Origin: a candidate division WOR-3 bacterium
GTDB lineage: Bacteria > Hydrothermota > Hydrothermia > Hydrothermales > Hydrothermaceae
Assembly (NCBI GenBank): GCA_039803745.1
Contig: JBDRZD010000042.1
Span: forward strand, 1-15,925
Length of the DNA: 15,925 nucleotides
Reading direction: 5' to 3'
A model generated the notes under the pieces. The model searched no databases. It was not told where the DNA came from and saw only the letters and a list, made by a program, of their open reading frames with translations. Position numbers and translations under genes: made by a program. Within the stretch, counting starts at the first letter, position 1; every line of letters starts with the position of its first letter. Shown piece after piece: positions 8,405 to 15,925 of this stretch.

Positions 8405-9652
8405 ATGTTAAAAGAAATTATGGAAAGAGGGATTGAGGGAATTTTAAAAAATTTATCACAAGAGGAAATAATAAAAATTACAGAAAAATATGGTGCCCAT
8501 AACTATAAACCATTAAAAGTCGTCATTACAAAAGGGAAAGGAGCATATGTATGGGATAAAGAAGGAAATAAATATCTTGATTGTATAGGATGTTATTCAG
8601 CAGTCTCTCATGGCCATTTGAATAAGAATATAATAAATTCTGCAATAAAACAGATGAAAAAATTAACTTTAACAGGAAGACCTGTTTATACAGAAGAACT
8701 TGCGATTTTCTTTAAAGTTTTATCAGAATATACAAAGATGGATATGGTTTTACCAATGAATACAGGAGCAGAGGCAGTGGAAACTGCGATAAAGGCTGCA
8801 AGAAGATGGGGATATTTTAAAAAGAAAGTTGAAGAAGACAAAGCTGAAATAATTGCCTGTGAAAAAAATTTTCATGGCAGAACAGTAACAATAGTAGGCT
8901 TTTCAACAGAAGAGGGCTATAGAAAAGGATTCGGACCTTTTACTCCTGGTTTTAAAATAATACCTTATGCAGATCCTGATGCTTTAAAAAAAGCCATTAC
9001 AAAAAATACAGTTGCATTTTTAGTTGAACCAATTCAAGCAGAAGGTGGAGTTATAATCCCATATGATGGTTATTTAAAAGATATAAGAAAAATATGTGAT
9101 GAAGAAAACATTCTTTTAATATTTGATGAAATACAGACAGGGTTTGGAAGAACAGGTAAAAGGTTTGCATGGGAATGGGAGAATGCAAAACCTGATTTAA
9201 TCACACTTGGGAAAGCGCTTGGTGGTGGAATATTTCCTGTTTCAGCAGTTGCAGGGAAAAAAGAAGTAATGGAAGTATTTGATCCGGGTTCACATGGAAG
9301 CACATTTGGCGGGAATCCACTTGGAGTAAGAATAGCAATTGAAGCAATTTTAGAAATGGAAAGATTGAAATTGCATGAAAATTCAAGGAAAATGGGTGAA
9401 AAACTTTTAAAAGGATTAAAAGAGATAAAAAGTGATATAATAAAAGAAGTAAGGGGAAAAGGACTTTTAATAGGAGTTGAAATAAAAGAAGAAGCAGGGG
9501 AAGGAATGAAATATGCAGAGATGCTTTTAAAAGAAGGAATAATCACAAAAGATACTCATAAATATACCTTAAGAATAACACCCCCTTTAATCATAGGAGA
9601 AAAAGAAGTTGATTTAATTTTAAAAGCCTTTAAAAAAGTTTTTGAAAAATAA
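8405..9652 (+). CDS. rocD: Ornithine--oxo-acid aminotransferase (class III PLP enzyme)
   Basis: OAT-type motifs YGAHNYKPL, YSAVSHGH, LPMNTGAEAVETA.KAARRWGY, NFHGRT, GFGPFTPGF, DEIQTGFGRTG, LGKAL.GG (PLP Lys), HGSTFGGNPL. Confidence 0.93.
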   Translation: MLKEIMERGIEGILKNLSQEEIIKITEKYGAHNYKPLKVVITKGKGAYVWDKEGNKYLDCIGCYSAVSHGHLNKNIINSAIKQMKKLTLTGRPVYTEELAIFFKVLSEYTKMDMVLPMNTGAEAVETAIKAARRWGYFKKKVEEDKAEIIACEKNFHGRTVTIVGFSTEEGYRKGFGPFTPGFKIIPYADPDALKKAITKNTVAFLVEPIQAEGGVIIPYDGYLKDIRKICDEENILLIFDEIQTGFGRTGKRFAWEWENAKPDLITLGKALGGGIFPVSAVAGKKEVMEVFDPGSHGSTFGGNPLGVRIAIEAILEMERLKLHENSRKMGEKLLKGLKEIKSDIIKEVRGKGLLIGVEIKEEAGEGMKYAEMLLKEGIITKDTHKYTLRITPPLIIGEKEVDLILKAFKKVFEK

Positions 9653-9655
9653 AAT

Positions 9656-10912
9656 TTGAATACAATTTTAATCACAATATTTTTAAATTATTTGGGAGTT
9701 GAATGGCAAAAAACATATGGAGGTATACTTGATGAAGCAGGTTTTTCCCTTGTTGAATCAAATGACTCTCATTATATCATACTCGGAAATACCCACTCTT
9801 TTGGTAATGGTGGTTCTGATATTTACATTATTAAAATAAATAAAAATGGTGATACTCTCTGGACAAAATTTTATGGAACACAGAATGACGAATTTTCCCA
9901 TTCTATAAAAGAATATAATGGAAACTATATAATTGTGGGAAATACACAACTTCCAGATTCTTCAGAAAGTGATATTTATATTTTAAAAATTAACAAAAAT
10001 GGGAATTTAATATTTGAGGAAATAATAGAGACCCCATCCTGGGAATATCCAAGGGATTTTGAAATTTCAGAAAACGGTGATATTATAATCGCAGGCTCTA
10101 TAAAACCTGAGGGTGGAGATTTTAATCTCTATGTCTCAAAAATTGATTCCCTCGGTAATATGATATGGCAAAAAAGGTATGGCGGGAATGCCGATGATTT
10201 TGGGTATTCTATTTGTAAAACAGAAAATGGGTATATGATAGTTGGTTATACCTTTTCCTTTGGAAACGGTGGTTCTGATATCTATTTAATAAAAATAAAT
10301 GAAAATGGTGATACTTTATGGACAAACACATTTGGTAGAGAAGAAAACGACTACGGATTTTTCATAGCAAAAGATGATGATGGAAATTATATCATATGTG
10401 GTTCTTCTTATTGGTTATTATTAGGCTATGAAATATGCTATATGAAAATTTCACCTGATGGAAATTCCATATGGCAAAAATATAATGGAAGTTTAAGCAA
10501 TGACTTTGCATGGTGCATGGGAAAAACATATGACAATGGATATGTTATAACAGGAAATTTTGGAACACTTGTATGGCTTTTAAAAACTGATTCTATTGGA
10601 CTCCCCTTATGGTCAGAAATGTATGGAGGGAATGGATTTGAAACAGGTTATTTTATAAAAGTATTAAAAGATACTTCTTATATAATTGTCGGAAAAACAA
10701 ATTCTTTCGGGGCAGGTGGTTATGATGTTTATGTAATAAAGACGACGAAAGATATCAAGGTTAAAGAAAAAATAAAACTTTATAACCGTAAAATTTCAAA
10801 AGAATTAAAAATATTTGATATATCCGGGAAAAAAATTTTAAAACCAGAAAAAAAGGGAATCTATTTTAAAATTTTAAATACCAGTAAAGAAAAATTGATA
10901 ATAATAAAATAA
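9656..10912 (+). CDS. Secreted 7-bladed beta-propeller repeat protein with a T9SS type A-like C-terminal sorting tail
   Basis: Seven ~50-aa repeats W.K.YGG...D.G.S....YII.G......D(I/V)Y.IK...NG, a hydrophobic N-terminus, and C-terminal KIFDISGK...KKGIYF...KLIIIK. The TTG start is uncertain (no SD). Confidence 0.75.
   Translation: MNTILITIFLNYLGVEWQKTYGGILDEAGFSLVESNDSHYIILGNTHSFGNGGSDIYIIKINKNGDTLWTKFYGTQNDEFSHSIKEYNGNYIIVGNTQLPDSSESDIYILKINKNGNLIFEEIIETPSWEYPRDFEISENGDIIIAGSIKPEGGDFNLYVSKIDSLGNMIWQKRYGGNADDFGYSICKTENGYMIVGYTFSFGNGGSDIYLIKINENGDTLWTNTFGREENDYGFFIAKDDDGNYIICGSSYWLLLGYEICYMKISPDGNSIWQKYNGSLSNDFAWCMGKTYDNGYVITGNFGTLVWLLKTDSIGLPLWSEMYGGNGFETGYFIKVLKDTSYIIVGKTNSFGAGGYDVYVIKTTKDIKVKEKIKLYNRKISKELKIFDISGKKILKPEKKGIYFKILNTSKEKLIIIK
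9797..10326 (+). repeat. Intragenic direct repeat (9797-9867 and 10256-10326)
   Basis: SFGNGGSDIYIIKINKNGDTLWT vs SFGNGGSDIYLIKINENGDTLWT (21/23 aa identical), offset 459 nt. Confidence 0.85.
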
Positions 10913-10916
10913 AAAT

Positions 10917-11627
10917 TTATTTTAATAAACCTTTGCTTTTGAAACTAAGATAAGAATTTTCAGTAATAATTATGTGATCCAGAACTTCAATACCTAATAT
11001 TTTTCCTCCTTCTACAAGTTTTTTAGTTATTTTTATATCATCTTCTGAGGGTGTTAAATCACCTGATGGATGATTATGAACCAAAATTATACTATTTGCT
11101 CTATTTTTAATCGCCTCTGCAAAGACTTCTCTTGGATGAACTAAACTTGCATTTAAAGTTCCAACAGAAATTTCACAAACTATAGAATTTTTAGTATTCA
11201 AAGCAAGAATATAAAAATGTTCCTTTTTATAATCTTTAATCTTACTTTTAACAATTTTAAAAACATCTTCAGGGGATGAAATCCTCTTAAAGTTTTCTTC
11301 CTGATACAAGTTATAACGCCTTGCAAGTTCAAAAACTGCTTTTATCTGGGCAGCCTTTGCAAAACCCATCCCTTTTACTTCCATCAGTTCTTCAATACCT
11401 GCTTCAAGTAACCTTTTTAAATTCCCAAAATGGGATAAAAGTTTCTGAGAAAGCAGAGCAACAGATTCCCCTTTATGTCCGCTCCTTAAAATTATTTGTA
11501 GCAATTCCTGAACCGAAAGGGACTCACATCCAAATTTTAAAAGTCTTTCCCTTGGTCTTTCTTCCTTTGGCAAGTCCCTCAATGTAAAAGATTTACTTTT
11601 CTTTACCTTATATTCTTTTTCCTTCAT
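10917..11627 (-). CDS. radC: RadC family protein (N-terminal HhH plus JAB domain)
   Basis: Motifs ERPRERLL, ELL.IILRSG, KGMGFAKAAQI, GTLNASLVHPREVF, HNHPSGD..PSEDD, LDHIII. Confidence 0.96.
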   Translation of the reverse strand: MKEKEYKVKKSKSFTLRDLPKEERPRERLLKFGCESLSVQELLQIILRSGHKGESVALLSQKLLSHFGNLKRLLEAGIEELMEVKGMGFAKAAQIKAVFELARRYNLYQEENFKRISSPEDVFKIVKSKIKDYKKEHFYILALNTKNSIVCEISVGTLNASLVHPREVFAEAIKNRANSIILVHNHPSGDLTPSEDDIKITKKLVEGGKILGIEVLDHIIITENSYLSFKSKGLLK

Positions 11628-12904
11628 TTTAATTTTTTAATAACATTTCTTATTATTTCAAGAACCTTTCCAAGCAAATTCTTATCATGATAGATGGACA
11701 GAAATATTGCCTCAAAAGGAGAAGGCGGAAATAAAATTCCCCTTTCAAATAATTTTTTATAAATTTTAATAAAAATTTCCTTATCTGTTTTATTCACTTC
11801 TTCAAGATTTTCAGGCTCCTTTTCAGAGAAAAATATGCTGAAAAATGTAGCAGTTGCAGGTGTGCTCACGGCTATTCCTTTTTCTTTGAATATATCCTTG
11901 ATTTCATAAAGGAAATAATCAAGATTCTTTTTCATCTTTTCATAAGGATTTTCCCTTTCAAGAATTTCAATCGTTTTAATTCCTGCTGTTAAAGATACAG
12001 GGTTACCTGAAAGTGTCCCTGCCTGATAAACAGGTCCTTCAGGAGAAATCATCTCCATTATTTCTTTTTTTCCTCCATAGGCACCTACTGGAAAACCACC
12101 ACCTATAACTTTTCCAAGTGTAATAAGATCAGGTATTATACCTTTTTCTGTGCTAACACCACCAAGACCCACTCTAAATCCTGTTATAATTTCATCAAAT
12201 ATAAGAAGGGAATCATATCTTTTTATAATTTCTCTTAACCCTTCAAGAAATCCTTCTTTTGGTAAAACAACACCCATATTCCCTGCAACTGGCTCAACAA
12301 TAACACAGGCAATTTTCTCCCCTTCTTTTTCAAAAACTTCTTTTACCTTTTCAATATCATTATAAGGAAGGGAAATTGTGTCTTTTACTATGTTTTCAGG
12401 AATACCCGATGAAGATGGAATGCCATGAGTAAGCAATCCTGAACCACCTTTTACTAATAAAAAATCTGAATGACCGTGATAGCATCCCTCAAACTTTATT
12501 ATCTTATTTCTTTTTGTATAAGCCCTTGCAACCCTTATAGCACTCATTGTTGCTTCTGTCCCTGAATTTACAAACCTTATCTTTTCAATAAAGGGGAAAA
12601 ATTTTTTTATTTTTTGGGCAAGCAAAATTTCCTTTTCTGTAGAAAGTCCAAAAGAAAAACCATTTTTAACTTCTTTAATTATTTCTTTTACAACTTCTGG
12701 ATGCGAATGTCCTAAAATTAAAGGACCCCATGAAAGAATAAAATCAATATATTTTTTACCATCAACAGAATATATATAAGGACCTTTACCCTTTTTAACA
12801 AAAATAGGGGTAAGTTCAACAGATTTGAATGCTCTTACAGGAGAAGAAACACCACCCGGCATAAATTCCTTTGCCTTTTTATAAAGTTCCTTAGAATTTT
12901 TCAT
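11624..12904 (-). CDS. hemL: Glutamate-1-semialdehyde 2,1-aminomutase
   Basis: Motifs MPGGVSSPVRAF, SWGPLILGH, FVNSGTEATMSA, KFEGCYHGH, EPVAGNMG, GKVIGGGFPVGA, YQAGTLSGNP. Confidence 0.97.
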   Translation of the reverse strand: MKNSKELYKKAKEFMPGGVSSPVRAFKSVELTPIFVKKGKGPYIYSVDGKKYIDFILSWGPLILGHSHPEVVKEIIKEVKNGFSFGLSTEKEILLAQKIKKFFPFIEKIRFVNSGTEATMSAIRVARAYTKRNKIIKFEGCYHGHSDFLLVKGGSGLLTHGIPSSSGIPENIVKDTISLPYNDIEKVKEVFEKEGEKIACVIVEPVAGNMGVVLPKEGFLEGLREIIKRYDSLLIFDEIITGFRVGLGGVSTEKGIIPDLITLGKVIGGGFPVGAYGGKKEIMEMISPEGPVYQAGTLSGNPVSLTAGIKTIEILERENPYEKMKKNLDYFLYEIKDIFKEKGIAVSTPATATFFSIFFSEKEPENLEEVNKTDKEIFIKIYKKLFERGILFPPSPFEAIFLSIYHDKNLLGKVLEIIRNVIKKLK

Positions 12905-13111
12905 AAAGAAATTTAAAATAAAATAAAAAATATAAAAAAGTCAAATAGAAAAAGAACATAATTATTATTCCATTCAATTTGAGGCAAGCCTCTATTTTCC
13001 TTTCAAATTCACAATTTTCAACTTAATCCTTCCCTTTTTCTGGAGTTGACCAAATAAATAGTAAAGTTTATTTTAAATAAATACTTAAAAACTTTATAAT
13101 TTTTTTCTAAT

Positions 13112-14302
13112 ATGAAAAGAACAATTCTCATCCTCTTTTTTATTTTTACAGGTATAGGTAAAAGATATGAAAAGGAGTATCCTAATAATGTATGGGAAGG
13201 AATTAACCAATTTTGTTTTAATTTTTATTTTGAATTAAAGGATAAAGAAGAAAATATACTTTTTTCTCCATTTAGTATAACTTCTGCTTTTTTGATAGTT
13301 TATGAAGGAGCAAGAGGTAATACAAAAGAAGAAATTGAAAAAGTTTTCTTTTTCCAAAAGGATGAAAAATTGAGAAGGGATAAATTCAATAAAATTTTAA
13401 GAGAAATAAATAAAAGTAGTAAAAAATATGAATTTTGTGTTGCAAATGCATTATGGGTTCAAAAGAATTTCAAAATTTTGAAAGAATATCTCAATATAAG
13501 TCAAAAATTTTATTTCTCATTTATAAAAAACCTTGATTTTATAAAAGAACCTGAAAAATCGGTAAGAGTTATAAACTCCTGGATTTCCAAAAAAACCAAG
13601 AGGAAAATAAAAGAACTTATCTCAAAGGACATAATAACCCCTCTTACAAGAGTTATTATAACCAGCGTAATATTTTTTAAAGGGAAATGGTTAAAAGAGT
13701 TTGATAAGAAGAATACAAAAGAAGAAGACTTTATAATTTCTGAAAATAAAAAAGTTAAGGTAAACATGATGAGAATGGAAAAGGAGATTTTTAACTATTA
13801 TGAGGATAAAAAAATTCAGGTTCTTGAAATGCCTTATGATGGAGAAGAAATTTCAATGTTCATATTTTTACCAAAAAATTTTGAGATAGATTCAATAGAT
13901 GAATATATAAATTATGAAAAATTTAAAGAAATAAGGGAAAGTATGAAAAAAGAAGAAATTGATATTTATATTCCAAAATTTAAAATGGAAACAAAATGCT
14001 CACTGAATACATATCTCCAGAATATGGGGATAAAAGATGCCTTTTCAGATACTGAAGCAGATTTTTCAGGTATAACAGGTAAAAGGGAACTATATATAAG
14101 CCATGCACTTCATAAAGCATTTATTGAAGTAAATGAAGAAGGAACAGAAGCAACAGCAGCAACAGGAATTGTTATGGAATTAAAGGCAGTAATAAAAAGG
14201 AAAATTTTTCGGGCAGATCATCCTTTCATATTCTTAATCTATGATAAAAAAACTGAAAATATAATATTTTTTGGAAGAATCATAAATCCTGAAAGATTAT
14301 GA
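13112..14302 (+). CDS. Serpin (serine protease inhibitor, I4 family), probably exported
   Basis: Motifs NILFSPFSI, GARGNT, ANALW, INSWISKKT, FFKGKW..EF, LEMPY, IPKFK, ADFSGI, hinge EVNEEGTEATAAT, FRADHPFIFLI, IIFFGRI. Basic then hydrophobic N-terminus. Confidence 0.96.
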   Translation: MKRTILILFFIFTGIGKRYEKEYPNNVWEGINQFCFNFYFELKDKEENILFSPFSITSAFLIVYEGARGNTKEEIEKVFFFQKDEKLRRDKFNKILREINKSSKKYEFCVANALWVQKNFKILKEYLNISQKFYFSFIKNLDFIKEPEKSVRVINSWISKKTKRKIKELISKDIITPLTRVIITSVIFFKGKWLKEFDKKNTKEEDFIISENKKVKVNMMRMEKEIFNYYEDKKIQVLEMPYDGEEISMFIFLPKNFEIDSIDEYINYEKFKEIRESMKKEEIDIYIPKFKMETKCSLNTYLQNMGIKDAFSDTEADFSGITGKRELYISHALHKAFIEVNEEGTEATAATGIVMELKAVIKRKIFRADHPFIFLIYDKKTENIIFFGRIINPERL

Positions 14303-14319
14303 AATTTTTCAAGTAGATA

Positions 14320-15621
14320 ATGGAAATAATAAAAATTATTGAAAAGAAAAGGGATGGTAAAAAATTAAATGAAGAGGAAATAAAATTCTTTATTGAAAAA
14401 ATAGTAAAAGGAGAGGTTCCGGATTATCAGATTTCTGCTTTCCTAATGGCTTCTTATATAAATGGACTTTCAAAAGAAGAAACCTTATATTTAACAAAAT
14501 ATATGATTTTAACAGGAAAAAGAATTGATTTAAGTGATATTGAAGGACCAAAAATAGATAAACATTCAACAGGTGGAGTTGGTGACAAAATTTCTATAAT
14601 TCTTCTTCCAATTGTATCAAGTTTTGGGATAAAAATTCCAATGATTGCAGGAAGGGCACTGGGTCATACAGGTGGAACAATTGATAAACTTGAATCAATT
14701 CCAGGGTTTAAAACAAATTTAAGTATAGAGGAATTCAAAAAAGTTATTAAAAAAATCGGCTTTAGTATTATTTCACAAACAGAGGAAATTGCACCCTGTG
14801 ACAAAATCTTATACTCATTAAGAGATGCAACAGGGACTATTGAAAGTAACCCCCTAATAACTGCCTCTATAATGAGTAAAAAACTTTCAGAAGGAATAGA
14901 TGGGCTTGTCCTTGATGTAAAAGCAGGTAAAGGTGCATTCATGAAAAAAATAAAAGATGCAGAAAAACTTGCCGAAAATATGGTATGGGTCGGTAAAAAA
15001 TATGGAGTAAAAATAGTTGCAATTTTAACAGATATGGATACTCCACTCGGAAGATATATTGGCAATTCCCTTGAAATATATGAATCAATAAAGTTTCTTG
15101 AAGGTGAGGAAATAAAGGAGTTAAAAGAGTTAACCTTTACTCTTGGTGCATATATGCTCATTTTAGGCAAAAAAGTGAAAAATTTTGATGAAGGATTTAA
15201 AATGATGGAAAAAAAATGGAAAGAGGGAAAAGGAATTTTAAATTTAAAAGAATTTGTAAAAGAGCAAGGTGGAAATATTGAAATTTTCAAAAATCCTGAA
15301 AGATTAAAAGAATCAGATTATTATGAATATATAAAGGCGGAAAAAGATGGAATAATTGAGGAAATTGATGCATATAAGATAGGTTTATGTGCAAGAGAAC
15401 TTGGAGCAGGAAGATTTAAAAAAGAGGATAATATTGATCCTTCAGCAGGAATAATAATTTATAAAAAAGAAGGAGAGAAAGTTAAAAAAGGAGAAATAGT
15501 TTTAAGAATTCAGGCAAGGGATAAAAATAAAATTTTAAAATCAATAGACTTCGCAAAAAATTCCTTTAAAATTGGAGAAAAATTTAAAAAAAGAAAATTG
15601 ATTAAAGAAATAATAAAATAA
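14320..15621 (+). CDS. pdp: Pyrimidine-nucleoside/thymidine phosphorylase
   Basis: Motifs KKRDG, DYQISAFLMA, DKHSTGGVGDK, GRALGHTGGTIDKLESIPG, ASIMSKK, LDVKAGKGAFMK, LGAGR. Confidence 0.96.
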   Translation: MEIIKIIEKKRDGKKLNEEEIKFFIEKIVKGEVPDYQISAFLMASYINGLSKEETLYLTKYMILTGKRIDLSDIEGPKIDKHSTGGVGDKISIILLPIVSSFGIKIPMIAGRALGHTGGTIDKLESIPGFKTNLSIEEFKKVIKKIGFSIISQTEEIAPCDKILYSLRDATGTIESNPLITASIMSKKLSEGIDGLVLDVKAGKGAFMKKIKDAEKLAENMVWVGKKYGVKIVAILTDMDTPLGRYIGNSLEIYESIKFLEGEEIKELKELTFTLGAYMLILGKKVKNFDEGFKMMEKKWKEGKGILNLKEFVKEQGGNIEIFKNPERLKESDYYEYIKAEKDGIIEEIDAYKIGLCARELGAGRFKKEDNIDPSAGIIIYKKEGEKVKKGEIVLRIQARDKNKILKSIDFAKNSFKIGEKFKKRKLIKEIIK

Positions 15622-15730
15622 TATTTTTATTTTAACACTTTATGCCTTAAACAACACTAAGAATAAAGAGATTTTCCTTAGTATTTAATACAACTTCTCA
15701 TTAACTCTTTTTCATACCAAAAATAAAATA

Positions 15731-15779
15731 TTGAAAATGAAAAATAATTCCTTTATAATGAGTAATATAAAAAAGGAGG
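15731..15779 (+). promoter_or_regulatory. Near-consensus sigma70 promoter and SD for the downstream gene
   Basis: TTGAAA (15731-15736), 17 nt, TATAAT (15754-15759); SD AGGAGG at 15774-15779. Confidence 0.75.
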
Positions 15780-15783
15780 GAAA

Positions 15784-15925
15784 ATGATATTTTTATTAAT
15801 TTCAATCCTTTATTCACAGAGTGGTTGGGGACCTGAAATAGTAGCGGTTTATAGGGATAGCATGCCTTTTTATACAAGTTATATGCTTAGACCGCAAATT
15901 GCTGCTTTTGGTGATACTTTACATC
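15784..15925 (+). CDS. Secreted protein of unknown function, 3'-truncated by the window edge (not in the ORF track)
   Basis: Open frame MIFLLISILYSQSGWGPEIVAVYRDSMPFYTSYMLRPQIAAFGDTLH... to the window end, preceded by a strong SD and promoter; hydrophobic N-terminus. Confidence 0.8.
   Translation, partial: MIFLLISILYSQSGWGPEIVAVYRDSMPFYTSYMLRPQIAAFGDTLH

Noticed and set aside
9640..9670. rocD and the propeller gene are in the same frame, separated only by TAA-AAT (possible readthrough fusion)
   Set aside because: RocD is complete at the stop, TAA is a poor readthrough codon, and the downstream protein has its own export-like N-terminus. Same frame occurs by chance one time in three.
10917..11627. 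RadC/JAB as part of a defence or mobile system
   Set aside because: It is the full-length chromosomal HhH+JAB form, with no E1/E2, CD-NTase or mobile genes nearby.
13112..13165. Serpin as a lipoprotein
   Set aside because: No Cys follows the hydrophobic stretch (FTGIG), so there is no lipobox.
1965..15290. Short ORFs in the track: 1965-2165, 3225-3692, 4729-5001, 5723-5905, 6771-7040, 7381-7572, 9070-9546, 9201-9386, 9758-9949, 11321-11587, 12150-12365, 13510-13767, 14664-15290
   Set aside because: All lie antisense to well-supported genes, have Phe/Ser/Ile/Leu-rich shadow composition, and show no recognisable motifs.
15622..15730. Weak inverted repeats (ACTAAG...CTTAGT; GTATT-T-AATAC) after pdp as a terminator, riboswitch or CRISPR
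   Set aside because: They are short and AT-rich, as expected by chance. There are no repeat-spacer units or recognisable aptamer motifs.

Overview
AT-rich, densely coded bacterial chromosome segment. It is probably from a diderm, and the Lys/Glu-rich proteins and T9SS-like tail are compatible with a WOR-3/FCB-type organism (inference only). In order: the 3' part of an outer-membrane beta-barrel gene; tRNA-Arg(CCT); a minus-strand pair of an alanine dehydrogenase-like gene and an acetyl-CoA hydrolase/4-hydroxybutyrate CoA-transferase; a plus-strand eno-ftsB-folD-site-2 protease run; a minus-strand pair encoding a full-length but catalytically degenerate glutamate-dehydrogenase-fold protein and a stand-alone cyclic-nucleotide-binding protein, divergent from ornithine aminotransferase (rocD); a 7-bladed beta-propeller with a T9SS-like C-terminal tail; hemL-radC; a serpin; pyrimidine-nucleoside phosphorylase; and the start of another secreted protein. 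No mobile element or CRISPR array is visible. The best candidate for an undescribed system is the pseudo-GDH plus cNMP-binding pair sharing a 53-bp divergent promoter region with rocD. The Ald homologue also lacks its canonical catalytic His and Lys.
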